Of a stretch of 64,000 bases of DNA, positions 38,178-50,500 are shown in pieces. The DNA is from Balanoglossus misakiensis. Taxonomy: Eukaryota; Animalia; Hemichordata. The translations under genes were made by a program, and so were the position numbers. Position 1 is the first letter of the stretch; each line of letters opens with the position of its first letter. The notes under the pieces were generated by a model. It was not told where the DNA came from, made no database searches, and saw only the letters and a program-made list of their open reading frames with translations. Where the stretch lies: assembly GCA_040954595.2 (NCBI GenBank), contig CM082588.2, positions 124,001-188,000 on the forward strand. The letters are read 5' to 3'.

Positions 38178-40970
38178 GGATGTGTTGGGGTTATCAAGGG
38201 TAAAATTGGGTTGCTTAAGTTAAAGGGGGGTTGTAAACATAGTGTGGTGTCTATACAACAGCAAATATATTGCTATAAATGTGTAATATTGTGTGAAAAA
38301 CTTTTCATTCTCCCAAAGGAGAATAGTGAGATGTGTAGGGTTTATCAAGGGTAAAATTGGGTGCTTAAGTTAAGGGGGGTGTAAACATAGTGTGGTGTCT
38401 ATAGCAACAGCAAATATATTGCTATAAATGTGTAATATTGTGTAAAAAACTTTTCATTCTCCCAAAGGAGAATAGAGAGAATGTGTTGCGGTTATCAAGG
38501 GTAAAATTGGGTGCTTAAGATAAAAGGGGGGGGGGGGGGGGTTGTAAACATAGTGTGGTGTCTATAGCAACAGCAAATATATTGCTATAAATGTATAATA
38601 TTGTGTAAAAAACTTTTCATTCTCCCAAAGGAGAATAGGGAGATGTGTTGGGTTAATCAAGGGTAAAATTGGGTGCTTAAGATAAAGGGGGGGGGGGGGG
38701 GCTGTAAACATAGTGTGGTGTCTATAGCAACAGCAAATATATTGCTATAAATGTGTAATATTGTGTAAAAAACTTTTCATTCCCCCAAAGGAGAATAGAG
38801 AGATGTGTTGGGTTAATCAAGGGTAAAATTGGGTGCTTAAGATAAAGGGGGGTTGTAAACATAGTGTGGTGTCTATAGCAACAGCAAATATATTGCTATA
38901 AATGTGTAATATTGTGTAAAAAACTTTTCATTCTCCCAAAGGAGAATAGAGAGATGTGTTGGGTTAATCAAGGGTAAAATTGGGTGCTTTAGATAAAGGG
39001 GGGTTGTAAACATAGTGTGGTGTCTATAGCAACAGCAAATATATTGCTATAAATGTGTAATATTGTGTAAAAAACTTTTCATTCTCCAGAAGAGAATAGG
39101 GAGATGTGTTGGGTTAATCAAGGGTAAAATTGGGTGCTTAAGATAAAGGGGGGTTGTAAACAAAGTGTGGTGTCTATAGCAACAGCAAATATATTGCTAT
39201 AAATGTGTAATATTGTGTAAAAAACTTTTCATTCTCCCAAAGGAGAATAGAGAGATGTGTTGGGTTAATCAAGGGTAAAATTGGGTGCTTTAGATAAAGG
39301 GGGGTTGTAAACATAGTGTGGTGTCTATAGCAACAGCAAATATATTGCTATAAATGTGTAATATTGTGTAAAAAACTTGTCATTCTCCAGAAGAGAATAG
39401 GGAGATGTGTTGGGTTAATCAAGGGTAAAATTGGGTGCTTTAGATAAAGGGGGGTTGTAAACATAGTGTGGTGTCTATAGCAACAGCAAATATATTGCTA
39501 TAAATGTGTAATATTGTGTAAAAAACTTTTCATTCTCCCAAAGGAGAATAGAGAGATGTGTTGGGTTAATCAAGGGTAAAATTGGGTGCTTAAGATAAAG
39601 GGGGGTTGTAAACATAGTGTGGTGTCTATAGCAACAGCAAATATATTGCTATAAATGTGTAATATTGTGTAAAAAACTTTTTATTCTCCCAAAGGAGAAT
39701 AGAGAGATGTGTTGGGTTAATCAAGGGTAAAATTGGGTGCTTTAGATAAAGGGGGGTTGTAAACATAGTGTGGTGTCTATAGCAACAGCAAATATATTGC
39801 TATAAATGTGTAATATTGTGTAAAAAACTTTTCATTCTCCCAAAGGAGAATAGAGAGATGTGTTGGGTTAATCAAGGGTAAAATTGGGTGCTTTAGATAA
39901 AGGGGGGTTGTAAACATAGTGTGGTGTCTATAGCAACAGCAAATATATTGCTATAAATGTGTAATAGTGTGTAAAAAAACTTTTCATTCTCCCAAAGGAG
40001 AATAGAGAGATGTGTTGGGTTAATCAAGGGTAAAATTGGGTGCTTAAGATAAATGGGGGTTGTAAACATAGTGTGGTGTCTATAGCAACAGCAAATATAT
40101 TGCTATAAATGTGTAATATTGTGTAAAAAACTTTTCATTCTCCCAAAGGAGAATAGAGAGATGTCTTGGGTTTATCAAGGGTAAAATTGGGTGCTTAAGT
40201 TAAAGGGGGTTGTAAACATAGTGTGGTGTCTATAGCAACAGCAAATATATTGCTTAAAATGTGTAATATTGTGTAAAAAACTTTTCATTCTCCCAAAGGA
40301 GAATAGAGAGATGTGTTGGGTTAATCAAGGGTAAAATTGGGTGCTTTAGATAAAGGGGGGTTGTAAACATAGTGTGGTGTCTATAGCAACAGCAAATATA
40401 TTGCTATAAATGTGTAATATTGTGTAAAAAACTTTTCATTCTCCCAAAGGAGAATAGAGAGATGTGTTGGGTTAATCAAGGGTAAAATTGGGTGCTTTAG
40501 ATAAAGGGGGGTTGTAAACATAGTGTGGTGTCTATAGCAACAGCAAATATATTGCTATAAATGTGTAATAGTGTGTAAAAAAACTTTTCATTCTCCCAAA
40601 GGAGAATAGAGAGATGTGTTGGGTTAATCAAGGGTAAAATTGGGTGCTTAAGATAAATGGGGGTTGTAAACATAGTGTGGTGTCTATAGCAACAGCAAAT
40701 ATATTGCTATAAATGTGTAATATTGTGTAAAAAACTTTTCATTCTCCCAAAGGAGAATAGAGAGATGTCTTGGGTTTATCAAGGGTAAAATTGGGTGCTT
40801 AAGTTAAAGGGGGTTGTAAACATAGTGTGGTGTCTATAGCAACAGCAAATATATTGCTTAAAATGTGTAATATTGTGTAAAAAACTTTTCATTCTCCCAA
40901 AGGAGAATAGAGAGATGTGTAGGGGTTATCAAGGGTAAAACTAATATTGGGTGCTTAAGATAAAGGGGGA
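38178..40970. repeat. ~151-bp tandem satellite, ~19 copies
   Basis: GGGTAAAATTGGG recurs at 38821, 38972, 39122, 39273, 39423, 39574 and onward (150-152 bp spacing). Units are near-identical. Confidence 0.97.
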
Positions 40971-41045
40971 TAAAGATACATTGGCTGTTTGAATTGATGG
41001 TTGTTTAATGGTGATCAGTATTTTTCATGAAATTCTCTTCAAATA

Positions 41046-42030
41046 TCCCAACAGATGATGTAACATATTTTTTCTTCTTCATTTCAGATACTAATTAAAG
41101 TTTGGTAAAGTAAAGCAGAGGGGGGGGTTGTAAAACACAATGCATGCTTAACAGTTTCTTGTAAGTTATTACAGATTGCAGATTTCTTTGGCTTGGATGA
41201 TGTACATGTACGGGTTTCCAGTTTCCACTCCAAGTTATTACAGATTGAAGTTCAAGTGAATGCTGCCAACGCCAGAGAAGATTCACAGTGACGACAACTC
41301 GACGCCTGGTGATGATGGTACTTACGGTTCAACTAATCATTGGTAAGCAGACTTCATTCTGATACGAATCAACTTTGTGATTATGTGCTTTAGTTTATTT
41401 GACCTAACTTAAACATTTCCTTTGTTAGCTTCAGTCAGCTTTTGTTAGAATCCCAACATGATGTAACATATTATTTCTTCTTCATTTCAGGTACTAATTA
41501 AAGTTTGGTTGAGCAAGCAGAGGGGGGTTGTAAAACACAATGCATGCTTAACAGTTTCTTGTAAGTTATTACAGATTGCAGATTTCTATGGACCCCACTG
41601 CACTGGAAAACAGCAAGACTGGACATGGACCCCACTCCAAGTTATTACAGATTGAAGTTCAAGTGAATGCTGCCAACGCCAGAGAAGATTCACAGTGACG
41701 ACAACTCGACGCCTGGTGATGATGGTACTTACGGTTCAACTAATCATTGGTAAGCAGACTTCATTCTGATACGAATCAACTTTGTGATTATGTGCTTTAG
41801 TTTATTTGACCTAACTTAAACATTTCCTTTGTTAGCTTCAGTCAGCTTTTGTTAGAATCCCAACATGATGTAACATATTATTTCTTCTTCATTTCAGGTA
41901 CTAATTAAAGTTTGGTTGAGCAAGCAGAGGGGGGTTGTAAAACACAATGCATGCTTAACAGTTTCTTGTAAGTTATTACAGATTGCAGATTTCTTTGGCT
42001 TGGATGATGTACATGTACGGGTTTCCAGGT
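41046..42030. repeat. ~406-bp direct repeat, ~2.4 copies
   Basis: tcccaaca(g)atgatgtaacata starts at 41046, 41451 and 41858, followed by long identical blocks. Confidence 0.92.
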
Positions 42031-42149
42031 AAAGATGTGAAAAGTGGTACTCACCAGGTAAAGTGTCAGATAGTTAAAGCAAATTTCAAGAACGCATGCA
42101 GAGCTGATGGATTCAAAGATTCAGTATCCGGAAAATACTGACCAAGAGT

Positions 42150-42875
42150 GGTAATGGGAAACAACTAGACTGGATATGGACCCCACTGCACTGGAAAAGA
42201 GCAAGACTGGATATGGATCCCACTTCACTGGAAAACAGCTTGACTGGTAATGGAAAAGAACAAGACTGGATATGGTGCCCACTTCACTGGAAAACAGCTA
42301 GACTGGTAATCAAGACTGGATATGGTGCCCACTTCACTGGAAAACAGCTAGACTGGTAATGGAGAAGAACAAGACTGGATATGGTGCCCACTTCACTGGA
42401 AAACAGCTAGACTGGTAATGGAGAAGAACAAGACTGGATATGGTGCCCACTTCACTGGAAAACAGCTAGACTGGTAATGGAGAAGAACAAGACTGGATAT
42501 GGTGCCCACTCCACTGGAAAACAGCTAGACTGGTAATGGAGAAGAACAAGACTGGATATGGTGCCCACTCCACTGGAAAACAGCTAGACTGGTAATGGAG
42601 AAGAACAAGACTGGATATGGTGCCCACTCCACTGGAAAACAGCTAGACTGGTAATGGAGAAGAACAAGACTGGATATGGTGCCCACTTCACTGAAAAACA
42701 GCTAGACTGGTAATGGAAAAGAACAAGACTGGATATGGTGCCCACTTCACTGGAAAACAGCTAGACTGGTAATGGAAAAGAACAAGACTGGATATGGTGC
42801 CCACTTCACTGGAAAACAGCTAGACTGGTAATGGAAAAGAACAAGACTGGATATGGTGCCCACTTCACTGGAAAA
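42150..42875. repeat. 59-bp minisatellite array 1 (~12 copies)
   Basis: Unit gactggatatggtgcccacttcactggaaaacagctagactggtaatggagaagaacaa, period 59. Confidence 0.96.
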
Positions 42876-43050
42876 TCAGATGCTTTGGTTTATACAGCCC
42901 AAGAAGAAACCAGAAGATTGTAGTTACTGTTAATGATGAACATTTTATTGTCAGTTTTAATTATTGTATTTTGTAGTGTAACAGTAGATTGTAATGTCAA
43001 AGAGAGAGCAAGTTAATATTTTACAATTATACACAAATTGACTAATTTTT

Positions 43051-43690
43051 ACAGCTAGACTGGTAATGGAAAAGAACAAGACTGGATATGGTGCCCACTT
43101 CACTGGAAAACAGCTAGACTGGTAATGGAAAAGAACAAGACTGGATATGGTGCCCACTTCACTGGAAAACAGCTAGACTGGTAATGGAAAAGAACAAGAC
43201 TGGATATGGTGCCCACTTCACTGGAAAACAGCTAGACTGGTAATGGAGAAGAACAAGACTGGATATGGTGCCCACTTCACTGGAAAACAGCTAGACTGGT
43301 AATGGAGAAGAACAAGACTGGATATGGTGCCCACTTCACTGGAAAACAGCTAGACTGGTAATGGAGAAGAACAAGACTGGATATGGTGCCCACTTCACTG
43401 GAAAACAGCTAGACTGGTAATGCAAAAGAACAAGACTGGATATGGTGCCCACTTCACTGAAAAACATCTAGACTGGTAATGGAAAAGAACAAGACTGGAT
43501 ATGGTGCCCACTCCACTGGAAAACAGCTAGACTGGTAATGGAGAAGAACAAGACTGGATATGGTGCCCACTTCACTGGAAAACAGCTAGACTGGTAATGC
43601 AAAAGAACAAGACTGGATATGGTGCCCACTTCACTGAAAAACATCTAGACTGGTAATGGAAAAGAACAAGACTGGATATGGTGCCCACTT
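43051..43690. repeat. 59-bp minisatellite array 2 (~11 copies)
   Basis: Same unit as array 1. Both arrays are followed by the same ~170-bp AT-rich block (42880-43050 and ~43722-43895). Confidence 0.96.
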
Positions 43691-44306
43691 ATTACAGGTT
43701 GAAGATTTCTGTGGCTTGGATGATGTGCTTTGGTTGATACAGCCCAAGAAGAACCCAGAAGATTGCAGTTACTGTTAATGATGAACATTTTATTGTCAGT
43801 TTTAATTATTGTATTTTGTAGTGTAACAGTAGATTGTAATGTCAAAGAGAGAGCAAGTTAATATTTTACAATTATACACAAATTGACTATTTTTTACTGT
43901 ATCACAAATGACTTCAAAATTTTACTCAAAAGTAAGTGATTTCTTTTTTATTCAAGCACAAAGCAAATTGATGTCAAGTCCAACTTGTCCAACTTCTGGC
44001 AGAATGATGCCTATTTAATGTCGTATGGGGATTTTTATTTATTGACATGCACATCAAATTTTCAGTGATCAGCCAGTCTGAAGATCAATGGATTTCCCAC
44101 ATAGCTCATTTAAATGCGGCCGCAGCGTTCATGCTTTAACTCCATAACTTGTGGGTCCAGTGATCTTCGGATTTACCATTTCAGCCTAATTATAAGCGTA
44201 ACCACTAACATAGTAACTTGCGCGTAACAACTAACATTAATATTTTAGGCTCAATGGTAATGGCGTAGCTGAAGGGATATGGGCAATTTGAAAACTTTAT
44301 AAAGTC

Positions 44307-44475
44307 AAAATGTATTCAATTACAAAGTTGGACAACCATGTTTAAACTTAATGTAATTTATTCAAATTGATCAAAATTGGATTGAATTGTTTAAGACAAA
44401 ATGTATACAATTACAAAGTTGGACGACCATGTTTAAACTTAATGTAATTTATTCAAATTGACCAAAATTGGATTA
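44307..44475. repeat. ~90-bp tandem duplication
   Basis: aaaatgtat.caattacaaagttggac.accatgtttaaacttaatgtaatttattcaaattga.caaaattggatt occurs twice. Confidence 0.85.
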
Positions 44476-44990
44476 GACTTGCTCTCTCAAGACCTGATAG
44501 GTGTGAGTTGATTTAGCTTCAATACATGTATCTCTCTCTCTATTGCTTATGAATGCATGCTATTTCCATTTTCTAGCTTTCTGGAATGGCATGCATACAT
44601 TGCATCTTCACTCTTGCATATAATTGATTGTATCAATGATACAATCAATTATCCTCTTTCCTCTCTCTATCCCCTTCTCTCTTCGAAAGCTGGGAGCAGT
44701 ATTGGAAATCACTACATTTTCAAAATGTTTTCAATTTGGATACTTCTGTTTGTTTAAGCGACAACAGAAAGGTTGTCTAAACTGCTGCTGACAAAGCAAC
44801 CCCAAAACTTGTAAAACTTAAAACTAAAAATTTGCAATGAATTCTGCTCATGGTTCCGTGACAATGTCTTTGCCCTAATGCTATTTTAATTGATCAATTG
44901 GCATTTGCTTCTGCAAATAAATTGCTGTAGAAATCAAAATGAAATTCAAGACATTGAAAATAGTAGAGAACTTCAAATATATGCTGTCAC

Positions 44991-45010
44991 TGGACCGCTA
45001 GGGGGCGCAG
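44991..45010 (+). promoter_or_regulatory. CTCF-like motif
   Basis: tggaccgctagggggcgcag closely matches the CCAC/GYAGGGGGCGC consensus, isolated in AT-rich DNA. Confidence 0.4.
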
Positions 45011-47594
45011 CTATTGTAAGCTGTGGATGTCTCAATAAAACCGAGACACATTGCACCAATATGTCTTATTCAGTTGCAGATTGCTCCTGTGACTTAGAAA
45101 AGAGAGCTATACTACTCATTGAAACAAGCTTTTCTAAGTCATAGACGTAAGATGTTAGTTTGAGACTAACACAACCTCTGAGAGCACACACACATATCAA
45201 TCCTTTGTGACATATATATTGAATTTATCACAATAATTTTATTTACATTTCATATATTACATTTATAGCTAAACCTTTTCCTCTATCCATGCTAATTGCT
45301 ATAGTTTTCAAAGTTTCAATTTATAAAGTTGTTATCACTCCACATCAAATCCACATTCACCCCCTTTACATCATTGAAGTCACATACCCATAAACCCTGC
45401 ACAATGGTTTAACCCTACTGAGCTGCATAATACTATTTCAACTATGTACAACAAAACGGGTGAAAGGGTGTAACAATAAATATCCTCGAACCCCTTAGTG
45501 TTTTATCAGATTTGTTGGTGTGATGATGTTCATTATGAAAAAAAATTTTTTTATAAACTCCATGGCCAGTTCAATTTTAATATTTTAGAATTACATAAGC
45601 TGGTTCAGGGCAACATGGCATTGACACAAAATACAGAAAACTTGATCTGCCAGCACCTTAAGTCAAAATATTGATGGTGAATGCGTTCATATTGGTCATT
45701 ATTGAAGTGTAGATTTTGAAAGATGTTCCCTCTGGTGAGTAAACCACATGCAGTTCCTTAAAAACTGACACAGACTATATAAACATGTACAACACAGCCA
45801 CACACTGCAGTTTGTCTAGTTGTGGCTACAAACTGGGAACTCAAATACATTCAACAACATCACAAACATTAAGAAAACGGATGTGTTTAACAAAACAAGA
45901 TATGGTAACCATCCATACCATATGATTACAGTGTATCAGTAAAACAATGAAATAAATTATTAAACTGTATTTGTTCATAAAAATATTCCTAATTTTTTTC
46001 TGCCAATCCCGTCTGGTTTCTATGACAACTATTCTTGATCAAGAAATGAAGGACTAACTTTAAATTGCATAAAACTTGCTATATCTCTGTTAATTCACCT
46101 TCAAACAGGTGGTTGTTACATGGTGACAGTCACGAGTCATAGATGCATCCCTGATTTTTTTTTCTTGTAAACTCCTACACTTTCAGGTTATAGGAGAGCC
46201 ACCTCCCCCCCCCCCCCTCCCCAGGACAATAATCCCAACAGTCTGACTGACTATGTTAAGGGGTAAACGGCCCTGACAACCAATTATGAAACCAACCACA
46301 GTATAAGACAGTCTTCCAACTGTTTTTACAGTGATAAAAGATTCTGGTAAATAAATAATTAACTGCTAAATAAAATAACATGCATGTACTGAATATCATA
46401 TCATAAACAATATTTGAGTCTGAAAAGCAAAAACTTTGTGGACAGATGATAAGAGACCACGCTGACGCAAACCTCTGCAAATTTGAAGCAAAACACAGAC
46501 TGTCATCCAAAAAGAAATGTAAAAGGAAAGTTAAACTTTTTAGATTTCTGGCTCATACCCTCAAAAACGTGACCCTCTAACAGTTTAGTCTGTCACACTG
46601 TCCTTGCAAATATATGATCAAATAAAAATACAGTTATCAGCCAGGATACTAATGAATTCAAGGTTTCACCCATGTAAGTTAGTGAATTCCTGTTATTCAG
46701 GCTGCACTATGAAATCATTTAGGAGATCTTAATGATGTAGAAAGTTTTGTCACATTACTTTAAACTTTAATACATAAATAGACTATGTGTAATGATGTGG
46801 GATTGTTAATATCATGGACACTGCTCCAATTCTGCATCTGACATGGCATTGTCTGTGTCAACTGTCTTGGACAATGTTTCAATCCTGTTTCTTTAGTACA
46901 TGAAGCTCCCAGCATCCACAGAACAGCAAGAATTTTTCAAGCAACAGCATACCGGTACTTCAAATACTCATGCTTTCTGAGCTGTAGGGATATCAGAGCG
47001 CCTCTTATCACTTGCATTTATCTTGCATGTGTGCAAGAACTGAATCCAATTTCTGTGCGACACATACGCAAAAAAACTTGCATGTGACATCGCTGGTTTC
47101 GCAGCGTAAAGTGTACTTTTTTACAAAAAACTAACAACAGCAAAAGAAAAAATAAATAATAAATATGAATAAATGAATGAATGACAATTGGTCATTGTGA
47201 TACTTATGTGACTTGCTTTTGATAAAAACTTAGGGATTTTTGTTGAGTTAAGCATGCACCTTAGGACTGATATTCATATTCTTATTCAACTGTTTGTGTT
47301 TGCATGGAAACATTCTCAATCCACAATCACATTTGGCCACGGAATTACCACCGAGTTCGGCAGACATTTCAAATGTCATTAACTGGGAAATTTATAACAC
47401 ATTGTTATTTGCACAGGTTTTGTAATCTAGATTACTGGTTTCATAACCTAAACGATTGCACTACGAGTTCAGATTTTCAGGGGACTAGTTATACTTTTTG
47501 CCACAAAATCTGACAAAGAGTGAAACTTTTCAGTTTTTTTGAGATTTGACAGGCATCAAAATCTGTAATTCTCTGCATCACCAGATGACTTGCA

Positions 47595-50500
47595 TCAGTT
47601 GAAGCTCTCTTCATCACTTTCACCTTGGTAACGGGACACTGGGCGGCCAGTGAGGGCAGTGTTGTCATCACTATCTGTCCTATTAGTGGTAAAATAAAGA
47701 AAAATAAATAAATAAAAGTTTAAACGTTCCAGTTCAGTGATGACTTACAAGGGGAACCAATAAGATATCACCATACTAAAGTTGTTGCCTATCCTAGTCA
47801 AAATGAGTTGATGTGTGAAGGATGGGTGTGCCTTTATCAACTGATTAACGTTCACACCAATGCGTGCCCATAGTAATCAGGGATGCTCAGACCTATCAGA
47901 AAGCTAGCACATATGAAACTCAGCCAGACTGAACTCCCTCCTTGAGATTGCATGCATGTTTGGATGTGTTACCCTAACTGTCAAGATTTGTGAACTTTGA
48001 CTAAGTCCGACCACATGCCAGTATAAAGGTGTGACCTGAAAACTGATAGCAAGTTAGTTCCTCCCCTTCACTGTCCATTTATACCCTCTGTGTGTGATTT
48101 AAGTTCTACAGACACATGCAAACAAGTGATTAATAATATGTAGACTGGTCTGTTGAGTTTTTCAACCAATAGTAAGCAAATAGGAATTGTTATCAATAAA
48201 CACGGTACATGTACATCATTCCTGTTAAAAAATTCATCTCTATAGGGCGCTCTTGAGAATTAAGTTAGAAATAGGGATTTGTTAGACAAGTTCTGGTACT
48301 CAGCAATGTTCATCAGGCTACACCTATTCATCTGTACAATAACATGTAAATTCCGAACTGTACATGTGACAGCAGATAATCACTGATCTGGTTATAACAT
48401 GAGCATTTTTGGTTAATGTTAATACAGCAGCCACAGCAACATCTGAAGGGGCCACAGTCATACTTGATGTGTACATGGTTACCTAGAGGTTGTGTTGAGG
48501 TAACCTGTTGGAAAATGCAGTGTATAGTTGTGTATTTTGCAAGTTATATTGTACCATTGTGTATTCTTGATAAAGAAAAGTGTAGAGTTGTGTATAAGAG
48601 TGGTGTATAATTAAATAGTTAAGAAATAACATTGTATAGGTGTGCATTCTGAAAACTACATTGCATAGTTGTGTATTTACCTCCTCATCAGTGGTTTACG
48701 AGAAACATCATACATCCTGATGGAAGGGAAGAGAGAAACAGGCATTACAGCAATTCTAGGAAGTCTTCTATCCATTATTAGAGTGACTAGTAAAACAGTC
48801 AGCTGCTTGGCAAGAACTTGGATGGTTCAACTTTCCAAGTAAAGTGAACAGCCACTGTGTTTGAATAACTTCAATAAGTACATTGCATGCTGTAAGCATT
48901 GGCTTGTGAAGACCTTGCCCATATTACGAATGTTTACTAAATTACTTTCAATCTTGCTGAATGACTGACTGTTTTGCTCATCATTTCTGTCGTACAGCTC
49001 CACAAAAAGAATTGCTGTAGCTGAAACTGCCTGCATTAGTACACAGGTCAACCTTTTCGGTCCTTTCCTGACACAATTTCAACCAAAATTCAAACACTTG
49101 TCTGGTTTGTTCTTTCTACTGCCTTTTCATGCAAGGGGGTGTTAAACTTATCTCAAGAGCAAGAATGAGACCCAATCTGATGAAATGCTTGAAGAAATTT
49201 TTTTTTTGAGAAAGCCCTGGACAAGAGTTTCATTGGGAGATTTGTGTTAGTAGCAGAGTGCACGTTGAGCAGAATGTTTAACTGAGTGGCAAAAAGCTAC
49301 TTGTGTGAAACAAACTGATTGGGAGTCTCAGTGACAGTTGTCAATCAGAAAACACAACCCTTTGATGTATTTGTTTGTACTGTATTGTGTATGGAGAAGC
49401 TGAAAGCACAGGAAACCTACAAAAAGCAGCCAGGAATCCAGAATCCTCTTTGTCCCTGCCAGAAGTTAGAAAGAACCAGAAATTATTGGGTTAAAAGGAA
49501 AAGTGCTAAACATGCTTCTTTTTCTCCCCAAATGTGCTGTGCAGACTAGTGCAGTGTCAGTCAACCCCTGCAAACCTCTGCAGTGGAATGACCCATGGAG
49601 ATGTATGGATCATTCTACTTTTGTAGGGGGATAGAGATAATATTGGTCTGGCAGTTTGGTGTACCACTGCCCCAGATGTATCATGCAATTTTAGAGAAAA
49701 AAGAAAATGAAACAATGGGCAAAAAATGACACTGAAATTACCACAGGTATTCAAATCTATCACATTCCATATTTTGCCTCTAACATATTGTTCAAAGTGC
49801 ATAATTTTAAATTTCTTTGATCCTTTTGGACTCAACCATATAACAAGTTTGGATTGGAAAAGTGATAGTATGTGGTATGCCTGTAGTCTTTCAATTTCAT
49901 CCTCCCAAATGGTATCAGCTACTGGACTCCTTGCTCCAGCAACTTTGTGTGAAAAGGCACATAGATGTGCAGCGATGCAAGTTCCACAATGACATGTCAA
50001 TAATCTGCCGAAGAATTCATTTTGCTTTACACCATCCCCTGTGTGCTATGTTATTGTTATACAATGTTGTGCTGGGCGATGTCGTGTGTGGCATTTCATG
50101 CTCTTAGGCTATGTTCTTTAGAAAGTATGTTTTGCTGAACATCATCAACTTTATATGAATTCTTGTGCTAGAAAGCTACAGAAGAAATATATTATGAGTA
50201 TACGGTGAGATTGTTCAAGATGATGGAAGGGTATCAGGAAGACCAACAAGTGTTATCTGAATGAACATACCATGTATGGGGATAATGCAAAAATAGATAT
50301 CCACGGCTCGAAGGGCATATTTTGGAAGTAGTTGCAGAATATTTGTCGATTTAGGTAGTGATTAGTTTTACCAAGCGAAAGCTTGTATTTTTCACACGGA
50401 TTGTACCGCAACTGTCTTGTGTAAAACGGTTTAAAAGTGGTATGCACTTCCGGAATCATGTCCTTGTATGCGCACCGGGACGTTCTTGCTGACGGCCGCT

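Larger units (their letters stand above)
36811..44140. mobile_element. Possible Helentron-associated (HINE-like) non-autonomous element carrying tandem arrays
   Basis: Left end has an imperfect inverted repeat tggccaccgtac (36811) / gtatggtggcta (36876), then degenerate (CATT)n and a catgtaccaagtttg motif, followed by internal tandem arrays. Palindrome tgcggccgca lies near 44115. The right boundary is uncertain and there is no transposase. Confidence 0.35.

Noticed and set aside
38178-40970. 151-bp array as tandem 5S/tRNA/snRNA genes or a coding repeat
   Set aside because: No recognisable RNA-gene motifs or Pol III boxes, the period is not a stable multiple of 3, and there is no ORF.
42150-43690. 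59-bp arrays as a CRISPR array
   Set aside because: No unique spacers, the whole unit repeats, no cas genes, and the context is eukaryotic.
50253-50262. TMEM181 ending at an acceptor near 50257
   Set aside because: The exon at 47595-47679 has a better pyrimidine tract and gives an acidic tail resembling the vertebrate C-terminus.
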